Assembly (NCBI GenBank): GCA_030390025.1
Contig: CM059438.1
Span: forward strand, 61,196,001-61,260,000
Origin: Squalus acanthias
Taxonomy: Eukaryota
DNA: 64,000 bases
Direction of reading: 5' to 3'
In this document: positions 51,501-64,000 of the stretch, piece after piece
Position numbering within the stretch: position 1 is the first letter of the stretch
Layout of the letters: each line of letters opens with the position of its first letter
Translations under genes and position numbers: made by a program
Notes under the pieces: generated by a model
The model's input: the letters and a program-made list of their open reading frames with translations, nothing else
Told to the model about the DNA's origin: nothing
Databases searched by the model: none

Positions 51501-54500
51501 TTCTCTCATCACCAGACTCTTCCCCTCATCACCAGACACTTCCCCACATCACCAGACTCTTCCCCTCATCACCAGATTCTTCCCCTCATCACCAGACTCT
51601 TCCTCACATCCCAAGACTCTTCCTCACATCACCAGGCTCTACCCCTCATCACCAGACTCTTACTCACATCACCAGACACTTCCCCTCATCACCAGAATCT
51701 TCCTCACATCACCGGACTCTTCCACACATCACCAGACTCTTCCTCACATCACCAGACTCTGCCCCTCATCACCAGGCTCTTCCTCACATCACCAGACTCT
51801 GCCCCTCATCACCAGACACTTCCCCACATCACCAGACTCTTCCCCTCATCACCAGATTCTTCCCCTCATCACCAGACTCTTCCTCACATCCCAAGACTCT
51901 TCCTCACATCACCAGGCTCCAACCCTCATCACCAGACTCTTACTCACATCACCAGACACTTCCCCTCATCACCAGAATCTTCCTCACATCACCGGACTCT
52001 TCCACACATCACCAGACTCTTCCTCACATCACCAGACTCTGCCCCTCATCTCCAGACTCATCCTCACATCACCAGACTCTTCGTCACATCATCATACTCT
52101 TCGTCACATCACCAGACTCTTCGTCACATCACCAGACTCTTCCTCACATCACCAGACTCTTCCTCACATCACCAGACTCTTCCGCTCATCTCCAGAATCT
52201 TGATCACATCACCAGACTCTTACTCACATCACCAGCCTCCTCCTCACATCACCAGACTCTTCCTCACATCACCAGACTCTTCCTCACATCAACCAGACTG
52301 TTCCTCACATCACAAGGCTCTTCCCCTCATCACCAGACTCTTCCCCTCATCACCAGACACTTCCTCAGAACACCAGACTCTTCCCCTCATCTCCAGACGC
52401 ATCCTCACATCACCAGACTCTTCGTCACATCACCAGACTCTTACTCACATCACCAGACTCTTCCCTCATCACCAGACTCTTCCCTCATCACCAGACTCTT
52501 CCCCACATCACCAGACTCTTCCCTCATCACCAGACTCTTCCTCACATCACCAGACTCTTCCCCTCATCACCAGGCTCTTCCTTCACATCACCAGACATCT
52601 TCCCTCTCATCAACAGACTCGTCCCCTCATCACAGACTCTTCCTCACTCACCAGACTCTTCCCCTCATCACCAGACTCTTCCACTGATCACCAGACTCTT
52701 CCTCACATCACCAGACTCTTCCCTCACATCACCAGACTCTTCCTCTCAGTCACCAGGACTCTCCCACATCACCAGACTCTTCCTCACATCACCAGACTCT
52801 TCCCCTCATCACCAGACTCTTCCCTTCATCACCAGACTCTTCCCCTCATCACCAGACTCTTCCTCACATCACCAGACTCTTCCTCATCACCAGACTCTTC
52901 CTCATCACCAGACTCTTCCCTCATCACCAGACTCTTCCCCTCAGTCTCCAGACTCTTCCCCTCATCACCGGACTCTTCCTCACATCACCAGACTCTTCCC
53001 CTCATTACCAGACTCTTCCTCACATCACCAGACTCTTCCCCTCATCTCCAGACTCTTCCCCTCATCACCAGACGCTTCCCCTTATCACCGGACTCTTCCT
53101 CACATCACCAGACTCTTCCTCACATCACCAGACTCTTCCTCACATCACCAGACTCTTCCTCACATCACCAGGCTCTACCCCTCATCACCAGACTCTTCCT
53201 CGCTTCACCAGACTCTTCCCCTCATCACCAGACTCTTCCCCTCATCACCAGACCCTTCCCCTCATCACCAGATGCTTCCCCTTATCACCGGACTCTTCCT
53301 CACATCACCAGACTCTTCCTCACATCACCAGACGCTTCCTCACATCACCAGACTCTTCCCTCATCACCAGACTCTTCCCATCATCACCAGACTCTTCACC
53401 ACATCACCAGACTCTTCCTCACATCACCAGACTCTTCCTCACATCACCAGACTCTTCCTCACATCACCAGACTCTTCCTCACATCAACCAGACTGTTCCT
53501 CACATCACAAGGCTCTTCCCCTCATCACCAGACTCTTCCCCTCATCACCAGACACTTCCTCAGAACACCAGACTCTTCCCCTCATCTCCAGACGCATCCT
53601 CACATCACCAGACTCTTCGTCACATCACCAGACTCTTCCTCACATCACCAGGCTCTTCCCCTCATCACCAGACACTTCCTCATATCACCAGGCTCTACCC
53701 CTCATCACCAGACTCTTACTCACGTCTCCAGACACTTCTCCTCATCACCAGACTCTTCCTCACATCTCCAGACACTTCCCCTCATCACCAGACCATTCCT
53801 CACATCACTAGACTCTTCCTCACATCACCAGATTCTTCCCCTCATCACCAGGCTCTTCCTCACATCACCAAGCTCTTCCCCTCATCAAAAGACTCGTCCT
53901 CACTTCACAAGGCTCTTCCTCACATCACCAGACTCGTCCTCACATCACAAGACTCTTCCTCACATCACCAGACACATCCCCTCATCACCAGAATCTTCCG
54001 CACATCACCGGACTCTTCCCCTCATCACCAGACTTTCCTTCACATCACCAGACTCTTCCTGACATCAACCAGACTCTTCCCCTCATCACCAGACTCGTCC
54101 CCTCATCAACAGACTCTTCCCCTGATCACCAGACTCATCCTCACATCACCAGACTCTTCCCCTTATCACCAGACTCTTCCCCTGATCACCAGACTCTTCC
54201 TCACATCACCAGACTCTTCCTCACATCACCAGACTCTTCCCCTCAGTACCAGGCTCTCCCCACATCACCAGACTCTTCCTCACATCACCAGACTCTTGCC
54301 CTCATCACCAGACTCTTCCTCACATCACCAGACTCTTCCCCTCATCACCAGACTCTTCCCCACATCACCAGACTCTTTCCCTCATCACCAGACTCTTCCC
54401 CTCATCACCAGACTCTTCCCCACATCACCAGACTCTTCCCCTCATCACCAGACTCTTCCCCACATCACCAGACTCTTCCCCTCATCACCAGACTCTTCCT

Positions 54501-57500
54501 CACATCACCAGACTCTTCCCCTCATCACCAGACTCTTCCCCTCATCACCAGACACTTCCCCTCATCACCAGACACTTCCTCACATCACCAGACTCTTCCC
54601 CTCATCACCAGACTCTTCCCCTCATCACCAGACTCTTCCCCTCATCACCAGACTCTTCCCCTCATCACCAGACACTTCCTCAGAACACCAGACTCTTCCC
54701 CTCATCTCCAGACTCATCCTCACATCACCAGACTCTTCGTCACATCACCAGACTCTTCCTCACATCACCAGACTCTTCCTCACATCACCAGACTCTTCCT
54801 CACATCACCAGACTCTTCCGCTCATCTCCAGAATCTTGATCACATCACCAGACTCTTACTCACATCACCAGCCTCCTCCTCACATCACCAGACTCTTCCG
54901 CTCTCCTCCAGAATCTTGATCACATCACCAGACTCTTACTCACATCACCAGCCTCCTCCTCACATCACCAGACTCTTCCGCTCATCTCCAGAATCTTGAT
55001 CACATCACCAGACTCTTACTCACATCACCAGCCTCCTCCTCACATCACCAGACTCTTCCTCACATCACCAGACTCTTCCTCACATCAACCAGACTGTTCC
55101 TCACATCACAAGGCTCTTCCCCTCATCACCAGACTCTTCCCCTCATCACCAGACACTTCCTCAGAACACCAGACTCTTCCCCTGATCTCCAGACGCCTCC
55201 TCACATCACCAGACTCTTCGTCACATCACCAGACTCTTCCTCACATCACCAGGCTCTTCCCCTCATCACCAGACACTTCCTCACATCACCAGGCTCTACC
55301 CCTCATCACCAGACTCTTACTCACATCTCCAGACACTTCCCTCATCACCAGAATCTTCCTCACATCACCGGACTCTTCCCCTCATCACCAGACTCTTCCT
55401 CAAATCACCAGACTCTTCCTGACATCAACCAGACTCTTCCTCACATCACCAGGCTCTACCCCTCATCACCAGACTCTTACTCACATCACCAGACACTTCC
55501 CCTCATCACCAGAATCTTCCTCACATCACCGACTCTTCCCCTCATCACCAGACTCTTCCTCACATCACCAGACTCTTCCTGACATCAACCAGACTCGTCC
55601 CCTCATCAACAGACTCTTCCCCTATCACCAGACTCTTCCCCTCATCACCAGACTCTTCCCTGATCACCAGACTCTTCCTCACAACCAGGACACTCCCCCT
55701 CATCACCAGACACTTCCCCTCATCACCAGAACTCTTCCCTCATCACCAGACCTCTTCCCCTCATCACCAGACTCTTCCCTCATCACCAGACTCTTCCCCT
55801 CATCACCAGACTCTTAACCTCATCACCAGACTCTTCCCCACATCACCAGACTCTTCCCCTCATCACGAGACTCTTCCTCACATCACCAGACTCTTCCTCA
55901 CATCACCAGGCTCTACCCCTCATCACCAGAGTCTTCCTCACATCACCAGACTCTTCCCTTCATCACCAGACACATCCTCACACCACCAGACTCTTCCTCA
56001 CATCACCAGACTCTTTCCCTCATCACCAGACTCTTCCCCTCATCACCAGACTCTTCCCCTCATCACCAGACTCTTCCCCTCATCACCAGACTCTTCCCCT
56101 CATCACGAGACCCTTCCTCACATCACCAGACTCTACCCCACATCACCAGACTTTTCCTCACATCACCAGACTCTTCCCCTCATCACCAGACTCTTCCAAT
56201 CATCACCAGACTCTTCACCTCATCTCCAGACTCTTCCTCACATCACCAGACTCTTCCCCTCATCACCAGACTCTTCCCATCATCACCAGACTCTTCGTCA
56301 CATCACCAGACACTTCCTCACATCACCAGACTCTTCCCCTCATCACCAGACTCTTCCCCTCATCACCAGACTCTTCCCATCATCAGCAGACTCTTCGTCA
56401 CATCACCAGACACTTCCTCACATCACCAGACTCTTCCCATCATCACCAGACTCTTTGTCACATCACCAGACACTTCCTCACATCACCAGACTCTTCCCCT
56501 CATCACCAGACTCTTCCCCTCATCACCAGACTCTTCCCCTCATCACCAGACTCTTCCCCTCATCACCAGACTCTTCCTCACATCACCAGACTCTTCCCCT
56601 CATCACCAGACTCTTCCTCTCATCACCAGACTCTTCCTCACATCACCAGACTCTTCCCCTCATCTCCAGACTCTTCCTCTCATCACCAGACTCTTCCTCA
56701 CATCACCAGACTCTTCCTCACATCACCAGACTCTCCTCACATCACCAGACTCTTCCCTCATCACCAGACTCTTCCTCACATCACCAGACTCTTCCCCTCA
56801 TCACCAGACTCTTCCTCACATCACCAGACTCTTCCTCACATCACCAGACTCTTCCCCTCATCACCAGACTCTTCCTCACATCACCAGACTCTTCCCCTCA
56901 TCACCAGACTCTTCCCCTCATCACCAGACTCTTTCTCACATCACCAGACTCTTCCCCACATCACCAGACTCTTCCCCACATCACCAGACTCTTCCCCTCA
57001 TCACCAGACTCTTCCCTCATCACCAGACTCTTCCCCTCATCACCAGACACTTCCCCTCATCACCAGACACTTCCTCACATCACTAGACTCTTCCCCTCAT
57101 CACCAGACTCTTCCCCTCATCACCAGACTCTTCCCCTCATCACCAGACTCTTCCCCTCATCACCAGACACTTCCTCAGAACACCAGACTCTTCCCCTCAT
57201 CACCAGACACTTCCTCAGAACACCAGACTCTTCCCCTCATCTCCAGACTCATCCTCACATCACCAGACTCTTCGTCACGTCACCAGACTCTACCTCACAT
57301 CACCAGACTCTTCCTCACATCACCAGACTCTTCCTCACATCACCAGACTCTTCCGCTCATCTCCAGAATCTTGATCACATCACCAGACTGTTCCTCACAT
57401 CACCAGACTCTTCCTCACATCACCAGACTCTTCCGCTCATCTCCAGAATCTTGATCACATCACCAGACTCTTACTCACATCACCAGACTCTTCGTCACAT

Positions 57501-60500
57501 CACCAGACTCTTCCTCACATCACCAGACTCTTCCTCACATCACCAGACTCTTCCGCTCATCTCCAGAATCTTGATCACATCACCAGACTGTTCATCACAT
57601 CACCAGACTCTTCCTCACATCACCAGACTCTTCCCCTCATCACCAGACTCTTCCCCACATCACCAGACTCTTCCCCTCATCACCAGACTCTTCCCCTCAT
57701 CACCAGACACTTCCCCTCATCACCAGACTCTTCCCCTCATCACCAGACTCTTCCCCTCATCACCAGACACTTCCTCAGAACACCAGACTCTTCCCCTCAT
57801 CTCCAGACACATCCTCACATCACCAGACTCTTTGTCACATCACCAGACTCTACCTCACATCACCAGACTCTTCGTCACATCACCAGACTCTTCCTCACAT
57901 CACCAGACTCTTCCTCACATCACCAGATTCTTCCTCACATCAACCAGACTGTTCCTCACATCACAAGGCTCTTCCCCTCATCACCAGACTCTTCCCCTCA
58001 TCACCAGACACTTCCTCAGAACACCAGACTCTTCCCCTCATCTCCAGACGCATCCTCACATCACCAGACTCTTCGTCACATCACCAGACTCTTCCTCTGA
58101 TCACCAGGCTCTTCCCCTCATCACCAGACACTTCCTCACATCACCAGGCTCTACCCCTCATCACCAGAGTCTTACTCACATCTCCAGACACTTCCCCTCA
58201 TCACCAGAATCTTCCTCACATCACCGGACTCTTCCCCTCAACACCAGACTCTTCCTCACATCACCAGACTCTTCCTGACATCAACCAGACTCTTCCCCTC
58301 ATCACCAGACTCTTCCCCACATCACCAGACTCTTCCCCTCATCACCAGACTCTTCCTCACATCACCAGACTCTTCCCCACATCACCAGACTCTTCCCCTC
58401 ATCACCAGACACTTCCCCTCATCACCAGACACTTCCTCACATCACCAGACTCTTCCCCTCATCTCCAGACTCATCCTCACATCACCAGACTCTTCGTCAC
58501 ATCATCAGACTCTTCCTCACATCACCAGACTCTTCGTCACATCACCAGACTCTTCGTCACATCACCAGACTCTTACGCTCATCTCCAGAATCTTGATCAC
58601 ATCACCAGACTCTTACTCACATCACCAGCCTCCTCCTCACATCACCAGACTCTTCCCCACATCACCAGACTCTTCCCCTCATCACCAGACTCTTCCCCAC
58701 ATCACTAGACTCTTCCCCACATCACCAGACTCTTCCTCACATCACCAGACTCTTCCCCTCATCACCAGACTCTTCCCATCATCACCGGACTCTTCCGCTC
58801 ATCACCAGACTCTTCCTCACATCACAAGACTCTTCCCCACATCACCAGACTCTTCCCCACATCACCAGACTCTTCCCCACATCACCAGACTCTTCCCCAC
58901 ATCACCAGACTCTTCCTCACATCACCAGACTCTTCCTCACATCACCAGGCTCTTCCCCTCATCACCAGACTCTTCCTCACATCACCAGACTCTTTGTCAC
59001 ATCACCAGACACTTCCTCACATCACCAGACTCTTCCCCTCATCACCAGATTCTTCCTCACATCACCAGACTCTTCCTCACATCACCAGACACTTCCCCTC
59101 ATCACCAGACTCTTCCTCACATCACCAGACTCCTCCCCTTCTCACCAGACTCTTCCCCTCATCACCAGACTCTTCCTCACATCACCAGACTCTTCCGCTC
59201 ATCACCAGACTCTTCCCCTCATCACCAGACTCTTCCCCACATCACCAGACTCTTCCCCTCATCACTAGACACTTCCCCTCATCACCAGACACTCCCCCTC
59301 ATCACCAGACACTTCCCCTCATCACCAGACTCTTCCCCTCATCACCAGACTTTTCCACTCATCACCAGACTCTTCCCCTCATCACCAGACTCTTAACCTC
59401 ATCACCAGACTCTTCCCCACATCACCAGACTCTTCCCTTCATCAAGAGACTCTTCCTCACATCACCAGACTCTTCCTCACATCACCAGGCTCTACCCCTC
59501 ATCACCAGAGTCTTCCTCACATCACCAGACTCTTCCCCTCATCACCAGACACATCCTCACATCACCAGACTCTTCCTCACATCACCAGGCTCTACCCCTC
59601 ATCACCAGAGTCTTCCTCACATCACCAGACTCTTTCCCTCATCACCAGACTCTTCCCCTCATCACCAGACTCTTCCCCTCATCACCAGACTCTTCCCCTC
59701 ATCACGAGACCCTTCCTCACATCACCAGACTCTACCCCACATCACCAGACTTTTCCTCACATCACCAGACTCTTCCCCTCATCACCAGACTCTTCCAATC
59801 ATCACCAGACTCTTCACCTCATCTCCAGACTCTTCCTCACATCACCAGACTCTTCCCCTCATCACCAGACTCTTCCCATCATCACCAGACTCTTCGTCAC
59901 ATCACCAGACACTTCCTCACATCACCAGACTCTTCCCCTCATCACCAGACTCTTCCCCTCATCACCAGACTCTTCCCATCATCACCAGACTCTTCGTCAC
60001 ATCACCAGACACTTCCTCACATCACCAGACTCTTCCCATCATCACCAGACTCTTTGTCACATCACCAGACACTTCCTCACATCACCAGACTCTTCCCCTC
60101 ATCACCAGACTCTTCCCCTCATCACCAGACTCTTCCCCTCATCACCAGACTCTTCGTCACATCACCAGACACTTCCTCACATCACCAGACTCTTCCCCTC
60201 ATCACTAGACTCTTCCTCACATCACCAGACTCTTCCTCACATCACCAGACTCTTCCCCTCATCTCCAGACACTTCCTCACATCACCAGACTCTTCCTCAC
60301 ATCACCAGACTCTTCCTCACATCACCAGGCTCTTCCTCACATCACCAGACACTTCACCTCATCACCAGACACTTCCTCACATCACCAGACTCTTCTCCTC
60401 ATCACCAGACTCTTCCCCTCATCACCAGACTCTTCCCCTCATCACCAAACTCTTCCTCACATCACCAGACTCTTCCGCTCATCACCAGACTCTTCCCATC

Positions 60501-63500
60501 ATCACCAGTCTCTTTGTCACATCACCAGACACTTCCTCACATCACCAGACTCTTCCCCTCATCACCAGACTCTTCCCCTCATCACCAGACTCTTCCCCTC
60601 ATCACCAGACTCTTCGTCACATCACCAGACACTTCCTCACATCACCAGACTCTTCCCCTCATCACTAGACTCTTCCTCACATCACCAGACTCTTCCTCAC
60701 ATCACCAGACTCTTCCGCTCATCACCAGACTCTTCCCCTCATCACCAAACTCTTCCCCTCATCACCAAACTCTTCCTCACATCACCAGACACTTCCTCAC
60801 ATCATCAAGCTCTTCCCTTCATCACCAGACTCTTCCTCACATCACCAGACTCTTCCCCTCATCACCAGACTCTTCCAATCATCACCAGACTCTTCACCTC
60901 ATAACCAGTCTCTTCCTCACATCACCAGACTCTTCCCCTCATCACCAGACTCTTCCTCACATCACCAGACTCTTCCCCTCATCACCAGATTCTTCCTCAC
61001 ATCACCAGACTCTTCCTCACATCACCAGACACTTCCCCTCATCACCAGACTCTTCCTCACATCACCAGACTCCTCCCCTTCTCACCAGACTCTTCCCCTC
61101 ATCACCAGACTCTTTGTCACATCACCAGACACTTCCTCACATCACCAGACTCTTCCCCTCATCACCAGACTCTTCCCCTCATCACCAGACTCTTCCCCTC
61201 ATCACCAGACTCTTCGTCACATCACCAGACACTTCCTCACATCACCAGACTCTTCCCCTCATCACTAGACTCTTCCTCACATCACCAGACTCTTCCTCAC
61301 ATCACCAGACTCTTCCCCTCATCTCCAGACACTTCCTCACATCACCAGACTCTTCCTCACATCACCAGACTCTTCCTCACATCACCAGGCTCTTCCTCAC
61401 ATCACCAGACACTTCACCTCATCACCAGACACTTCCTCACATCACCAGACTCTTCCCCTCATCACCAGACTCTTCCCCTCATCACCAGACTCTTCCCATC
61501 ATCACCAGTCTCTTTGTCACATCACCAGACACTTCCTCACATCACCAGACTCTTCCCCTCATCACCAGATTCTTCCCCTCATCCCCAGACTCTTCCCCTC
61601 ATCACCAGACTCTTCGTCACATCACCAGACACTTCCTCACATCACCAGACTCTTCCCCTCATCACTAGACTCTTCCTCACATCACCAGACTCTTCCTCAC
61701 ATCACCAGACTCTTCTGCTCATCACCAGACTCTTCCCCTCATCACCAAACTCTTCCCCTCATCACCAAACTCTTCCTCACATCACCAGACACTTCCTCAC
61801 ATCATCAAGCTCTTCCCTTCATCACCAGACTCTTCCTCACATCACCAGACTCTTCCCCTCATCACCAGACTCTTCCAATCATCACCAGACTCTTCCAATC
61901 ATCACCAGACTCTTCCTCACATCACCAGACTCTTCCCCTCATCACCAGACTCTTCGTCACATCACCAGACTCTTCCCCTCATCACTAGATTCTTCCTCAC
62001 ATCACCAGACTCTTCCTCACATCACCGGACACTTCCCCTCATCACCAGACTCTTCCTCACATCACCAGACTCCTCCCCTTCTCACCAGACTCTTCCCCTC
62101 ATCACCAGACTCTTCCTCACATCACCAGACTCTTCCGCTCATCACCAGACTCTTCCCCTCATCACCAGACTCTTCCCCACATCACCAGACTCTTCCCCTC
62201 ATCACCAGACACTTCCCCTCATCACCAGACACTCCCCCTCATCACCAGACACTTCCCCTCATCACCAGACTCTTCCCCTCATCACCAGACTCTTCCCCTC
62301 ATCACCAGACTCTTCCCCTCATCACCAGACTCTTAACCTCATCACCAGACTCTTCCCCACATCACCAGACTCTTCCCCTCATCACGAGACTCTTCCTCAC
62401 ATCACCAGACTCTTCCTCACATCACCAGGCTCTACCCCTCATCACCAGAGTCTTCCTCACATCACCAGACTCTTCCCCTCATCACCAGACACATCCTCAC
62501 ATCACCAGACTCTTCCTCACATCACCAGGCTCTACCCCTCATCACCAGAGTCTTCCTCACATCACCAGACTCTTTCCCTCATCACCAGACTCTTCCCCTC
62601 ATCACCAGACTCTTCCCCTCATCACCAGACTCTTCCCCTCATCACCAGACTCTTCCCCTCATCACGAGACCCTTCCTCACATCACCAGACTCTACCCCAC
62701 ATCACCAGACTTTTCCTCACATCACCAGACTCTTCCCCTCATCACCAGACTCTTCCCCTCATCACCAGACTCTTCCCATCATCACCAGACTCTTCGTCAC
62801 ATCACCAGACACTTCCTCACATCACCAGACTCTTCCCATCATCACCAGACTCTTTGTCACATCACCAGACACTTCCTCACATCACCAGACTCTTCCCCTC
62901 ATCACCAGACTCTTCCCCTCATCACCAGACTCTTCCCCTCATCACCAGACTCTTCGTCACATCTCCAGACACTTCCTCACATCACCAGACTCTTCCACTC
63001 ATCACTAGACTCTTCCTCACATCACCAGACTCTTCCTCACATCACCAGACTCTTCCCCTCATCTCCAGACACTTCCTCACATCACCAGACTCTTCCTCAC
63101 ATCACCAGACTCTTCCTCACATCACCAGGCTCTTCCTCACATCACCAGACACTTCACCTCATCACCAGACTCTTCCTCACATTACCAGACTCTTCCCCTC
63201 ATCACCAGACTCTTCCCCTCATCACCAGACTCTTCCCCTCATCACCAAACTCTTCCTGACATCACCAGACTCTTCCGCTCATCACCAGACTCTTCCCCTC
63301 ATCACCAAACTCTTCCCCTCATCACCAAACTCTTCCTCACATCACCAGACACTTCCTCACATCATCAAGCTCTTCCCTTCATCACCAGACTCTTCCTCAC
63401 ATCACCAGACTCTTCCCCTCATCACCAGACTCTTCCAATCATCACCAGACTCTTCACCTCATAACCAGTCTCTTCCTCACATCACCAGACTCTTCCCCTC

Positions 63501-64000
63501 ATCACCAGACTCTTCCTCACATCACCAGACTCTTCCCCTCATCACCAGACTCTTCCAATCATCACCAGACTCTTCCAATCATCACCAGACTCTTCCAATC
63601 ATCACCAGACTCTTCACCTCATAACCAGACTCTTCCTCACATCACCAGACTCTTCCCCTCCTCACCAGACTCTTCCCCTCATCACCAGACTCTTCCCATC
63701 ATCACCAGACTCTTCCCATCATCACCAGACACTTCCTCACATCACCAGACTCTTCCCCTCATCACCAGACTCTTCCCCTCATCACCAGACTCTTCCCCTC
63801 ATCACCAGACTCTTCCCATCATCACCAGACTCTTCATCACATCACCAGACACTTCCTCACATCACCAGACTCTTCCTCTCATCAACAGACTCTTCCTCAC
63901 ATCACCAGACTCTTCCTCACATCACCAGACTCTTCCCCTCATCTCCAGACACTTCCTCACATCACCAGACTCTTCCCCTCATCACCAGACTCTTCCCATC
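24548..64000. repeat. 20-bp satellite array (CATCACCAGACTCTTCCTCA / CATCACCAGACTCTTCCCCT)n, about 39.5 kb, running past the window end
   Basis: Continuous 20-bp period directly visible for roughly 1,970 units, with two dominant variants and many recurrent minor variants. Confidence 0.99.

Noticed and set aside
24457..63624. Very long His/Ser/Pro/Thr-rich ORFs (up to 1159 aa) resembling mucin- or extensin-like proteins
   Set aside because: The 20-bp unit has no plus-strand stop codon and 20 is not divisible by 3, so all three frames give the same HHQTLPHITRLFLTSPDSSS peptide. Indels shift frame freely. These are satellite artefacts.
24548..64000. CRISPR-like array or telomeric repeat
   Set aside because: Units are head-to-tail with no unique spacers, there are no cas genes, the context is eukaryotic, and the unit is not TTAGGG-based.

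Overview
Eukaryotic, repeat-dominated genomic DNA. The repeat repertoire (CR1 and L2 LINEs, Penelope-like elements, a Deu-domain SINE, PIF/Harbinger transposons) is most consistent with a cartilaginous fish; this is an inference from recalled repeat families. Positions ~160-2160 are a TG-derived 24-bp minisatellite. Positions ~2.7-24.5 kb hold decayed and often nested mobile elements: a SINE > TIR element > CR1 + Penelope nest, a Harbinger transposase split in-frame by an RT-less CR1, a minus-strand CR1 split by a GC-rich MITE, a SINE/LINE pair with a shared tail, and two minimal hammerhead-ribozyme motifs in Penelope-type ends. There are also one or two unidentified candidate host exons near 18.5-21.1 kb. 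From ~24.55 kb to the window end (about 39.5 kb, roughly 1,970 units) is a 20-bp satellite, CATCACCAGACTCTTCC(TCA/CCT), with higher-order structure (about 1 kb duplications and an about 4.0-4.1 kb period). No intact host gene could be identified, and the very long His/Ser/Thr/Pro-rich ORFs are artefacts of the tandem repeats. I found no well-supported novel protein-coding system. The best candidates for follow-up are the ribozyme motifs, the nested transposon history and the satellite architecture.
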